A stretch of DNA of 64,000 bases from Pristiophorus japonicus (lineage: Eukaryota): assembly GCF_044704955.1 (NCBI RefSeq), contig NC_091995.1, positions 1,922,001-1,986,000 on the forward strand. Reading direction: 5' to 3'. The notes beneath the pieces are model-generated. The model had not been told where the DNA came from. It ran no database searches and saw only the letters and a list, made by a program, of their open reading frames with translations. The position numbers were made by a program, and so were the translations under genes. Below, piece by piece: positions 26,263 through 38,246 of the stretch (position 1 is the first letter of the stretch; each line of letters opens with the position of its first letter).

Positions 26263-27210
26263 TAGAATCATAGAAATTTACAGCACGAAAGGAGGCCATT
26301 TCGGCCCATCGTGTCCATGCCGGCCGACCAAGAGCTATCCAGCCTAATCTCACTTCCCCACTCTCGGTCCATAGCCCTGTAGGTTACAGCACTTTAGGTG
26401 CACATCCAGGTAATTGTTAAATGTGGTGAGGGTTACTGTCTCTACCACCCTTCATGCAATGAGTTACAGACCCTCTCCACCCTCTGGGTGAAGAAATTTC
26501 CCCACATATCTCCTCTAAACCTTCCCCCAATTAATTTTAATATATGCCCCCTGGTTGTTGACCCCTCTTCCAAGGGAAACAGGTCCTTCCTATCCAATAT
26601 AACCAGGCCCCTCATAATTGTATACACCTCAATTAGGTCTCCCCTCAGCCTCCTCTGTTACAAAGAAAACAGACCCAGCATCTCCAATCTTTCCTCATAG
26701 CCAAAATTTTCCAGTCCGGCAACATTCTTGTGAATCTCCTCTGCACCCTTTGCAGTGCAATCACATCTTTCATGTAATGTGGTGACCAGAACTGCATACA
26801 GTACTCCAGCTGTGGCCTAACAAGTGTTTTATACAGTTCAAGCAGAACCTCCCTCCTCTTTTACTCTATGCCTCTACTAATAAAGGCAAGCATTCCATAT
26901 GCCTTCTTAGCCACCTTATCTACCTGGCCTGCTACCTTCAGGGATCTGTGGACCTGCACTCCAAGGTCTCGTTGTTCCTGTACACTTTTCAGTGCCCTAC
27001 CATTTAATGTGTATTCCCTTGCCTTGTTAGCCTTCCCCAAATGCATTACCTCATACTTATCCAGATTGAATTCCATTTGCCATTGTTCTGCCCACCTGAG
27101 CAGTACATTGATATCTTCCTGCAGTCCACAGCTTTCTTTTCATTATCAACCACACAGCCCATTTTAGTGTAATTTGCAAACTTCTTAATCATACCCCCTA
27201 CATTCAAGTA
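26263..27210 (-). mobile_element. CR1 LINE 3' fragment (third subfamily)
   Basis: ORFs 26861-27076 and 26442-26627 match CR1 C-terminus; (TTCTATGA) tail. Confidence 0.85.
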
Positions 27211-27539
27211 AGATTATCCTTGATCAATACTGCCACCGCCTCCCCCCCGCCCCCACCCCACACCCCTCTCCTTCCTGTCTTTTTCTCATCCCAATCCTTC
27301 CTGAATATATTATAGCCTGGAATGTTTAGTTCCAATTCTTTCCCATGTTTAAGCCAACTCTCCGCTTCAGCAACTATACCATAATCCTGTTTGATTTATC
27401 TCTCCATTTACTTCCTGTTCCTTTTACACTATTCTTTGCTCCGTTAATGGATCTCCATCCTCAGCTTGCCATGGGAAACAGTTGCGAATACAACCCACAT
27501 TCAAAATGCTGTCAATTTCTATTCTTGTGCGTTATTATT

Positions 27540-27995
27540 AGTGTCTCAGTGGGTAGCACTCTCACACTCTGTGTCAGAGGTTTGTGGGTTTAAGACCGAC
27601 TCCAAGGACTTGAACACAAACAATTGTGGCTTGGCACTCCAGTGCAGTACGGAGGGAACGCCGCACCATCGGAGGTATTGTCTTTTGCATGAAACGTTAA
27701 ACCGAGACCCCTTCTGCTCTTTCAGATGGATTGAAAGGATCCCATGGCACTATTTCGAAGAAGATCAGTGGAGTTATCCCAGTGTCCTGGCTAATTTTTA
27801 TCCCTCAATCAGCAGAAGTAAAAACAGATTATCTGGTCATTATCAAATTGCTGTTTGTGGGAGCTTGCTGTGTGCAAATTGCCTGCTGCGTTTCCCTCAT
27901 GACAACAGTGACTACGATTCAAAAGTACATCATTGATTGCAAAGCGCTTTGAGACATCCAGTAGTCGTGAAAGGCGCTATATAAATTTCTAGACT
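27540..27995 (+). mobile_element. tRNA-derived SINE (SacSINE1/DeuSINE-like)
   Basis: A-box GTGTCTCAGTGG, B-box-like GGGTTTAAGACC, central tccagtgcagtac.gaggga domain, L2-like tail aaaggcgctatataaat. Confidence 0.75.
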
Positions 27996-28492
27996 TTGTT
28001 TCATTCTCTAATTAACATTGTTTATAGATCCACAATTTACTGATTAAATCTAAATACTGACTGATACTGTCCTGTGAGCAGATTGTTTCATTTCCCATCA
28101 ACAGCCTGTAACATTGGGTTGCGAACATACCAAAAAAACAAACAGAAGAGTTCATCGGGTCCCCGCAGACTGTCCCATACAGTTGTGCTGCCTTCATGTG
28201 TCGTCACAGAGACACTCCAAACCCCCAGGGAGTCACATAATCTCCTGGGGGTGGGTAGAATCTGAAAAATTCCTCTCCGGCTCCTTTAGGTCATGGAAAG
28301 TAATGCAGGAGATCACACTGTCCCTAGCCATCAGGCTAGCTATCTCTGGTCCCAGGCCATCTCCTCCCCACACAGAAACAGGACCAACTCTCTCCTGAAG
28401 GAATACCATCAATCATCGCCCACCGTCAGCGGGAACCTGGATCCACAGGTCCAGTGTTCTCTGGGAAGAGATGAAGCGCTTAACGTCCAACT

Positions 28493-28673
28493 GGGAAATC
28501 TCCACACAAACAACGCTCAATCTTTTCCCTCGTGTATTCTAATGTAGGCGTTTGCCTCTGAGCACTGGTAAACATCTCAGTGCTGAACAGGTCGGGCAGG
28601 TTTGTGCCAAAACTCGCTCTGGCTCCTCCCTTTAAACAAACATTGAAACTGAAAGCGGATTGAATCAGGAAGT
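28493..28673 (+). promoter_or_regulatory. Putative immune-inducible proximal promoter of TRIM gene A
   Basis: kB-like GGGAAATCTCC 28493-28503, ISRE GAAACTGAAAG 28645-28655, TGAATCA plus ETS core CAGGAAGTG just upstream of the ATG; the region is homologous to 62900-63022. Confidence 0.55.
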
Positions 28674-28686
28674 GCTGAGAGAGAAC

Positions 28687-29103
28687 ATGACTTCCCCACA
28701 GCAGTCCGAGAGTTTGTCCGAAGATTTAAATTGTCCCATTTGTCTGGATTTCTTCACCGACCCAGTAATGCTGGATTGTGGGTACAATTTCTGCCGCTCC
28801 TGTATCACACAGTGTTGGGATAAGGAGACAAACTGCTGCCCGGAATGCAGAGAGGAGTTTCCGGAAATAAACCTCAAGGTTAATCGGGCCTTGGCGAATC
28901 TGGCGGAGAAAGTTCGAAAAATAACCGTGAATGCCAAAGATAGAGACAGTAAACATCTCTGTGGGGAACATCAGGAAGAACTGACGCGGTTTTGTGAAAC
29001 TGACAAGAAACTGATCTGTGTGAAGTGTCTGGTCCCGACAGAGGGGCGGAGTCACAAGACCCACAACTTCGTGGGACTGACGGAGGCTGCACAGATGTAC
29101 AGG
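28687..29103 (+). CDS. TRIM A exon 1 (RING + B-box)
   Basis: [30 protein letters not shown]; [22 protein letters not shown]; GT donor at 29104. Confidence 0.95.
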
Positions 29104-32100
29104 GTAACATGGAGGGTAGAATCTCTGGCAACATTTAAACATCTTGTGTTTAAACTTTACTCTAATTTAATTTCTAATTGCAGGATAAACTGAAATCATC
29201 CCTGGAATCGGCTACAAAGAGAAAGGATTCGGCTCTGGACACCGCACGGCGGCAGGGACAGCAGATTTCCGGAGTTAGGGTAAGGAACTGGACAGGTTAG
29301 ATGCAGCAAGAATGTTCCCGATGTTGGGGAAGTCCAGAACCAGGGTCACAGTCTAAGGATAAGGGGTATGCCATTTAGGACAGAGATGAGGAGAAACTTT
29401 TTCACCCAGAGAGTGGTGCACCTGTGGAATTCTCTACCACAGAAAATTGTTGAGTCCAGTTGATGGATGTAGTCAGGAGGGATTTAGATTTGGCTCTTAC
29501 GGCTGAGGACTTCAGCGAGTATAGAGAGGAGGCAGGAGTGTTCTGAAGTTGCATGATCAGCCAATGAACATATTCAATGGCGGTGCAGGCTTGAAGGGCC
29601 GAATGGCCTGCTCCTGCACCTATTTTCTATGTTCCTATGTCTCCCTGTGCTGATTTTCTGGGATCTCGGTTAGTTTTGTTCCCTTTTTCACGGTACATGA
29701 ATTATGTTTCACATTTCATTTGGTAGGAACAGTCGAGCATTCTGCAGACCCACATCGCATCCGAGTTCGCTAAAATGCACCAGATTCTCAGTGATAAAGA
29801 GCAGCGTTTGATCAGAGATCTCAGGGAACAAGAGGGGAATATTCTAAAATCAATGGATGTGAACCTCAGTGGAATCCAACAGAAGTTAAATGGTATTAAT
29901 CGAGAGATATCCGAGTTACAGAGACAGATGGAGGAGCAAGACACAGTCTCATTTCTGAAGGTAATACCTTGTTTTATTTAAATACATTCAGTGACATCAT
30001 CTGAAACACAACGTCATGTATGCTGGTCTCACCCAGCTCACCTCGCGACCCCGGCAATGTTCCAGATGTGTCACGGTGCTTGTCCAATATCCAGAAGTGG
30101 AAGAATAGCAATTTCTTCCAACTAATTATTGGGATGGTCGAAGTCATTTTCTTTGGTCCCGCCACAAATTCCGTTCCCTCGACACCAACTCCACCCCTCT
30201 CCTCGGCCACTGTCTGAGGCTGATCCAGGCTGTTCACAACCTTGGCGTCTTATTTGACCCCGATATGGGATTCCTACCACATATCCACGCCATCATCAAC
30301 ACCACTTATTTCCACCTCTGTAACATCGCCCGTCTCAGCTCCTGCCTCAACATCAGCTGCTGAAACCCTCATCTATGCTTTTGCTACCTATGAACTTGAC
30401 TAGTCCAATGCTCTCCAGGCTGGCCTCCGATTTTACCCCCTCCATAAACTTGGGCTCATCCAGAACTCAGAGGCACATTTCCTAACTTACACCAAGTCAC
30501 GTCCAGCCATCACCCCTGTGCTCACTGGCGCAAACTGTCTCCTGGTTAAGAAACATCTCAATTTTGACATTCTCATTCTTATTTTCAACTCACTCCGTGG
30601 CCTCTCCACTCCCTATCTCTGCAACCATCTCCAGCTAAACAACCCACCAAGATATCTGTGCTCCTCCAATTCTGAACTCTTTGCACATCCTAAATTTTGT
30701 AACAAGTAGTGTAAGCGGTTTTGATCCTTGCCCAATTGCTAGATGGACGGTTCGAATCGCCTTACGAAAGTTCCAGATCCGGGAATTATTATTCAGAGTG
30801 TAAATGAAATGAGTCATGGTCAGTGATGGGCCATCCAACCCATATGTATTGGGCTGATGGCTCTTAATCTGGGCATCTCTCTCAGTCTTTGTGTTGGGAA
30901 AGACCTGGCTCCTCTTTGTCTGACCAGGCTAGTGGGTTCATTGTTCTGCTTTCCTTCGGAGATGCAGGTGAGAAATGCTTTTGCATGTTAGAGTGGCGTT
31001 GTCAGTGGCCCCCCTTCCTGGCCGACAGCTCTTTTGTCAATATTCATGGCCCCCTTCCTTTAGCTGGGACTGGTGGGCAAACCCGTTCTGGATGACTGAC
31101 AGTTCTTTTGTCACAGCTAACTGCCATGCAGTCTCTGGAGTTTTACCAACACCAGCTTTTTTACTTATCTGCACAGGGTGATCCCACCACAGGGAAAATA
31201 CCCTCAGAAAAGCCAATAAAGTCCACGAAATATTCTCGACTGAGTCCATTCTTCAAAACCGAAACTTTGTAATCTCTTCAGTAGCTCCATTGTTTGTTTC
31301 TACATACCTTGTCTCACTTAAATAAGTCCATGATATTATATCGTGTTGCCCCATAAATTGATTTTTTTCTTTCTTCATATTTACATTTCCTGATTCCAGG
31401 CAGCATCCGAGACCATCTGTGCTGTCTCCACATTCAACCCAGATTAGCGTCCCTCTGGTGTGGAGCCTAATACTGCATCATTGCCTGTTTATTTTCTCTG
31501 CTATATCCCTTGTGATACAACCTGTTATGGCGATAGATTTAGATGAGGAAAGGCAGGAGTAGGCTCGAGTGGAGCATCAACGCCGGCATGGACTGGTTGG
31601 CCCGAACGGCCTATTTCAGTGTCGTTTATCCTCTTTAATCCTATGTAACCTCGTATCTTGTTAGGTTTTGTTAAACAGCCTTATCAACCCTGGAGCTGCC
31701 TTTAATGCTCTGTGAGCCTATACCCCCAAATCCTTCTGCTCTTCTACCACACCAAGCCAACATCCATTCGGTGTGGGATTCCTGCTGTTACTTCCCCTGT
31801 CTCAGCCCACACTTACTGGCAGATAATTCTGACCAACAAAAATTTAGCCCATTCACGCATGTTCTTATTAACCCTTCACCACTTCTTTTGGTCTTGTATC
31901 AAATTAATTCTAGCCCCAGAACGAATCACTGTGGGACCCCACTGCCCACCTCTATTCGCCCTGAAAACTCACCCTTAATTGCTATTCTCTGATTTTATCC
32001 GAAGTAATTTCTAATCCAATTTGCTATCCTCCCCGAATTCCATATCCCACGAGCTTCTCTAGTCATCGCCTGTGTGGTACCTTATCAAGGCTTTCCTAAA

Positions 32101-35100
32101 CTCCATGTACATTGCATTCACTGTATTGTCCCATCAACCATATGTATTCGATCCTCAAACATATCTATGAAGCATTTCCAACAAGATCATCTCATTTGAA
32201 ATCTGAGCTTTAATTTAAATAGGCTTCTTGCTTCATTATTTTACCATGGACCTCAAAAACTACTAGCAATTGCATTCTGTTTTAACAGAATACATTTATT
32301 CTACATTGTTCGAATCACTTTTTAAAACATCCCATTTTTGATGTTCATTTCTGTGTATCTATCTTTCTTCTATTGCCTCAAGCTAGTTAGCTCGCTACTC
32401 GTTTTACTGAAATCTGCCTCACTGCATTCTCATTTTCTTCCGACCGTTTCCATTTCATTTCGATCTTAATAAGCTGTGCACAAACAGTTTGCTCATATAC
32501 CTGATCATTACTTACAACCGGACCAGGCACCTGAAGGCACCAAAGTGACACTCAATGCCCTGAATCCAAGCGGTGTGAGATCCCCAGGGAGAAGCGCCCA
32601 TCACGGTGCTACATGCACAGCGTAACTCCGGGTTGTGGGAGGTCCGGTTCAATAATTGCTATGGAAGTTCTTCCATCTCTCAGTTAGCTTGTGTAGAAAG
32701 TAGAATCGATCACATAAGAACATAATAAATAGGAACAGGAGTAGGCCATACGGCCAGTCGAGCTTGCCCCTCGGTCAGCAGTCCTGAAGGTTACATATAA
32801 ACCTATGAACAATGCCGGGAAGCAAAGAGTACCCAGCCCAACCAGTCCACCCCACACAACTGCGACACCCCTTGCACCGAAACATTCTACACTCCACCCC
32901 AGCCAGAGCCATGTGATCTCCTGAGAGAGGCAAAAACCAGATAAAAATCCAGGCCAATTGGGGAACAAAGCGTGAAAATTCCTCTCCGTCCCATCCAGCC
33001 GATCGAAACTAGTCCAGGAGACCACCCGGGTCGTATTTGATGCCCTGCATGACTTACGATCGTATCTGCGCCAGCCAACAAATGGTTATCCAGTCTAATC
33101 CCACTTACCAGCTCTAAGTCAGTAACCCTGCAGGTTACGGCCCTTTAAGTGCCCATCCAATCACCTTTTAAATGTGATGAGGATTCCTGCATCCACCACC
33201 CTTCCAGGCCGTGAGTTCCAGACCCCCACAACCCTCTGTATCAAGAAGCCCCCCCCCTCAAATCCCCTCTGAACCTACCACCAACCATCATAATACTATG
33301 GCCCCTCATAATTGATCCCTCCACCACGGGAAATAGGCCCTTGCTATCCAGGATCCTCACAATGTGTACACCTCAATGTCCCTTCTCAGCATCCTCTGTT
33401 CCAATCTTACGTTTAGGTATTTTACAGCCTTCTGGACTCAACATCGAGTTCAACAATTTCAGAACATAACCTCTGCCCATATTTTGTTCTCTGCCCTCAT
33501 TTTTTTTTAACAAACCACCCTCCCCTCTTTTACTTTTCTTGTTTCTCTCTTTCCCAAGGCAGCTGGAAGTTATTCCACCATTCACACACCATCTCGGCTC
33601 ATATTTTGTTTCCTAACTTGTGCTATTACCAGCTCAATTTGGCGATCATCCCTGTTGTCTCTAAAATTACTCCTGTCTTCCAGAGTATCACAGACCTTCC
33701 GTTTTGTTCTTCCCTCCTCTTCCCCTTTCAGTGCCCCTCCATTTATTTAACAATCTGTTTATTTTCGGAGGTTTTCAGTTCTGACGAAGGCTCACAGACA
33801 CAAAACATTTACTCTGTTTCGCTCCACAGATGCTGCCTGACTCACAGAGATTTCCAGCATTTTACTGTTTTTATTAATTAACTATTTCTCAGTTGGTGCC
33901 ATGTGTAGCGTATGACACTGATTCTGAAATTTTGCCCCCAGACCCTCCCTGTGAACTCAGGTCTGTGTTTCTGTTTTATTTCAGGAGGCAGCTTCCCGGA
34001 TGAGAAGGTATGAGGTTCACTTTACTGAATTGTTATTTCACCTGTTAAAGGAATGCACTGCGAGAATTCTAGAGTTGAATGTTTCATATTTTTAGAATCA
34101 GTGACGAGGGTAATCTCCTTTCATTGGACGGCTGGAATCTGCCGCTGGGAATATTCAAAGGGCCCGGTCAATACAAAGCGTGGAAAGAAATGATAGAGAA
34201 CATCAGCCCAGGTAAAACGTTTTCAGCACCCCAATTTCAGACTTCGTAAAAATCTCGTTGCGTGAATACATCGAAATAATGAAACACAACTTCTGTATTT
34301 GTGCAATTAAATACAAAATATTATATAATAATCTCCAAAAGGAGATTGAAACTGGTGTGTGAAATCAGTGTAACTGTTTGTGACCCTATATCAGATCCAG
34401 GAGTGCGGGTTCGATACAGAAGCAGTGTATGGTATTGACAACACAGAACAATGTTCTCACCCTTCAGACTGACGGTGACTGCAGCGTCAGTAAAATAGCC
34501 AGATTGCTCATCACAAAACAGGTTCAAGATATAACGGAATCCATGATTCCTCCTCGCCTGGCAACACGTCCCACCCCCCATCCCACGGAACTCACCCGAC
34601 TTTGAGGGGCACATCGAGAGGCGTGGGAGATTGGAGAGAGGCCGAGAAAAGGTCCGTTTGTCGGAGTAGTGTGAGTTCGTCGAGGAAACGCGGGAGATTG
34701 GAGGGAGGCCTATAAAAGGCCCATCATTCTGAGCGGTGGGAGTTCATCGACCAGGCGGAGGAGATCGGAGGGAGGCCTATAAAAGTCCCATCAGTCACAG
34801 TCGGGGAGCGGCAGTCGAGGAGGAGCCAGCTGGTACACCTGTAGCAGGGTGAGAAGGCAAAAAAGGACGGAGAAAGAAATCGAAGGGTGACGTCACAGCC
34901 AAGGGGGTAAGTGATTGGCTCGTAATTGGTGAGTAGTTTTTCTTCATTTACTTTTTCTTTATCAGTAGGTAAACTTTATCATTGTTGCCAAATTAAATAA
35001 AGTTAATCTAAGGGTTAAGTGATGGCAGGAAAGCTCGGACACGTGTCATGCTCCTCCTGTGCTATGTGGGAACTCAGGGACGCTTCCAGAGTCCCTGATA

Positions 35101-38100
35101 CTACATGTGCAGTAAGTGTATCCTGCTGCAGCACCTGACAGACCACATTGCGGCACCGGAGCTGTGCATGGATTCAGTCTGGAGCATCCGCGATGTTGAG
35201 GATGTCGTGAAAACACGTTTAGTGAGTTCGACACACCGGACCTAAAGTTTACACAGCCAGATAGGGAATGGGTGATCAGCAGGAAGAGCAGTGGAAGGAA
35301 GGTAGTGCAGGGGACCCCTGTGGTCATCCCCCACCAAAACAGACACACCGTTTTGGGTACTGTTGGGGGGATGAATCATCAGGTGAGGGCAGCAGCCAAG
35401 TTCATGGCACCGTGGGTGGCTCTGCTGCACAGGATGGCAGGAAATACAGTGGAAGAGCTATAGTGGTAGGGGATTCTATTGTAAGGGGAATAGATAGACG
35501 TTTCTGCGGCCAAAATTGACATTCCAGGGTGGTATGTTGCCTCCCTGGTGCAAGGGTCAAGGATGTCTTGGAGCAGGACATTTTGGAGGGTTAGGGTGAA
35601 CAGCCAGTTGTCGGGCTGCATATAGGTACCAACGTTATAGGTAAAAAATGGGATGAGGTCCTACAAGCTGGATTTAGGGAGCTAGGAGTTAAATTAAAAA
35701 GTAGGACCTCAGGATTGCTACCAGTGCCACATGCTAGTCAGAATAGGAATTGCAGGATAGCAAAGATGAATACGTGGCTTGAGGAGTGGTGCAGAAAAGA
35801 GGGATTCAAATTCCTGGGACATTGGAACCGGTTCTGGGGGAGGTGGGACTGGAACAAACCGGACGGTTTGCACCTGGGTAGGACCGGACCCAATGTCCTC
35901 GGGGGAGTGTTTGCTAGATCTGTTGGGGAAGGGTTAAACTAAGACGGCAGGGGGATGACAACCTTTGCAGGGAGACAGAGTGAAGTGGAATGGGGGCAGA
36001 AACAAAAGATAGAAACAAGAAAAGTAAAAGTGAAGGGCAGAGAAACCCAAGGCAAAAATCAAAAAGGGCCACTATGGCAAAATTCTAAATGGGCAAAGTG
36101 TGTTAAAAAGGCAAGGCTGAAGGCTCTGTGCCTCAATGCGAGGAGTATTTGTAATAAGGTGAATGAATTAACTGCGCAGGCAGCAATTAACGAGTATGAT
36201 ATCATTGCCATCACGAAGACATGGCTCCAGGGTGACCAAAGCTGGGAACTCAACATAAAAACATAGAAACATAGAAAATAGGTGCAGGAATAGGCCATTT
36301 GGCCTTTCAAGCCCGCACCACCTTTCAGTAAGATCATGGCTGATATTTCACCTCAAGACCCCTTTCCTGCTTTCTCTCAATGCCCCTTGATCCCTTTAGT
36401 CATAAGCGCCATATCTAACTCCCTCTTGAATATATCCAATGAACTGACATCAACAACTCCAGCCCCCATCCCATATCACTAATCCGACTTTGAGGGGTTC
36501 CATCCCACTACACCCTCCCCCAAACCCTGTTCCCTCTCGAGGTCAGCCGCCGTCTTCCCGGTGCCATATGTTGCAAATTTGTTTTGGTAACAATGCTTTG
36601 ATGGCCCAGCCTGATGATTTATTTTTACAAAGTATATACAGCACAAAAACAGGCCATTCAGCCCAACAGGTCCAAGCCGGTGTTTATGCTCCACACGAGC
36701 CTTCTCCCACCCCTCTTCATCGAACCATATCAGCATATCCTTCTGTCCCTTCCTCCCTCGTGTGTTAATCTCGCTTCCCCTTAAATGCTTCTGTGCTATT
36801 TGCCTGAACTGCTTCTCGTGGTAGTGAGTTCCACATTCTCACCACTCTCCGGATAAAGAGGTTTCTCCTGAATCCCCTGTTAGATTTATTACTTAATTTT
36901 ATGTTTTTATGGTGTCTAGTTTTTGTCTCCTCACAAATGGAAACGTCTTCTCTACATCTACCCTATCAGACCCTTTCATAATATTAACGACCTCTATCAT
37001 TTCACCCCTCAGTTTTCCCATTTCTAGAGCCTATTCAATCTTTCCTGATAATTATAGCCTCTCACCTTTTTGTGCTATTTCCTTGTATATCTATTTTGCA
37101 CTTCCTCCAATGCCTCTATATCCTAATTATAAAATGAAATACTGTAATATAAAATAGTGCTATATCTTTGTGCATTTATTTGAATACGCGTCTTGCAATC
37201 CTTGAGTTTCATCCTCTCTGAATTTGATTAGTTTATCATTAACTTGTCTTTTCCATCTTAAATATAATTGCATCTTATTTGATCTATTTTTCTACTGTCA
37301 TGTTCAGCTGGCCAGACGTGCTGATCAATACTGAGACAAAGTAATTTTTCAATAATATGCAGAAAGCTGAGGATTAGAAGAAGGAATGTCACTCAGAGTT
37401 TGATTCTGTCACATCAATAAATTATCGGGGAATTTTTCGCGGGATCAGTGGGAAAAATAGCATTTGTTTCAGTGGGTCAAAGGTCTCCAGACGTCATCAG
37501 ACCCGCAGCCTGCAATTGGCCGGCAGGCCCGCTGGGCGGGGCTTAACAGGTGTAATCAGGGAAGTAATTTCAGACAGCGGGCTGGAGCCAGCAGCGAGTC
37601 CGGGACCTGTCACCGACATCGCCCGCCACCGACCCGCCGAGACAGCGGAAATCGCGGCTTAAATCACTGACTGTGTTATTTTAACTTTCCCCCAGCTCCA
37701 GCCTCTCTGACTCTGGATCCGAACACAGCGAGTCCCTGGCTCATCCTGTCTGAGGGCCGGACCCGTGTGAGACTCGGAGACAAACAGCAGCCGCTCCCTG
37801 ACACCCCGGAGAGGTTTGATTACTGGTCCTTTGTCCTGGGATCGGAGGGATTCACATCAGGGAGACACTACTGGGAGGTGGAGGTGGGGGACAAGACTGA
37901 GTGGGGTCTGGGAGTGATCCGAGAGTCTGCCGGGAGGAAAGGGCCAATCACCCCGAGCCCAGAGACTGGATACTGGATTGTGTGGCTGGATCCCGGAAGT
38001 GTCTATGCTGCCCTCACCTCCCCCTCACAGACCCCCCTCACCCTGAGTGTGAAGCCCCGGAAGATCGGGGTGTACCTGGACTATGAGGGCGGACAGGTGT

Positions 38101-38246
38101 CATTTTACAATGCGGACAACATGTCCCATCTCCACACTTTCACCCACACTTTCACTGAGAGAATCTTTCCCATCTTCAATCCGGGGTGGTATGACGGCGG
38201 GAATAACACCGCACTGCTGATAATCTGCGGGGTTAAAGGACACTAA
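28687..38246 (+). CDS. TRIM E3 ubiquitin ligase, class IV (TRIM39/TRIM27/A33/nuclear factor 7-like), gene A: join(28687-29103,29184-29279,29727-29960,33985-34007,34096-34211,37696-38246), 478 aa
   Basis: Six GT-AG exons of 417/96/234/23/116/551 nt splice into one open frame: RING, B-box2, coiled coil, PRY/SPRY ([25 protein letters not shown]). Confidence 0.92.
29184..29279 (+). CDS. TRIM A exon 2 (coiled coil)
   Basis: 96-nt phase-0 exon, ttgcag|GAT...AGG|gtaagg. Confidence 0.9.
29286..29639 (+). mobile_element. CR1 3' fragment in TRIM A intron 2
   Basis: CR1 C-terminus and tail; the empty site gtaagg|tctccctg is seen in the paralog at 663-676. Confidence 0.88.
29727..29960 (+). CDS. TRIM A exon 3 (coiled coil)
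   Basis: 234-nt exon [21 protein letters not shown]...VSFLK|gtaata. Confidence 0.9.
29990..30697 (+). mobile_element. L2-type LINE remnant
   Basis: Similar to 23613-24010 (NLGV.FDP and related L2 motifs). Confidence 0.6.
33405..33880 (+). mobile_element. Penelope-like element 3' end
   Basis: Homologous to 19820-20220 in opposite orientation, including the CTGACGAAGG hammerhead-like segment at 33781. Confidence 0.6.
33985..34007 (+). CDS. TRIM A exon 4 (23-nt micro-exon)
   Basis: ttttatttcag|GAGGCAGCTTCCCGGATGAGAAG|gtatga. Confidence 0.85.
34096..34211 (+). CDS. TRIM A exon 5 (linker)
   Basis: 116-nt exon ...[24 protein letters not shown]|gtaaaa. Confidence 0.88.
34600..36258 (+). mobile_element. 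CR1 LINE 5' part: repeated 5'UTR, ORF1 (zinc finger + SGNH esterase), start of ORF2
   Basis: CSSCAMW zinc finger, [16 protein letters not shown], then [18 protein letters not shown] endonuclease start; frameshifted. Confidence 0.85.
37696..38246 (+). CDS. TRIM A exon 6 (PRY/SPRY B30.2)
   Basis: tttcccccag|CTCCAGCC; open to TAA at 38244-38246. Confidence 0.93.

Noticed and set aside
30698-31350. Possible solo LTR starting TGTAAC with AATAAA near 31215
   Set aside because: No clear 3' end or TSD, so it is not reported as a feature.
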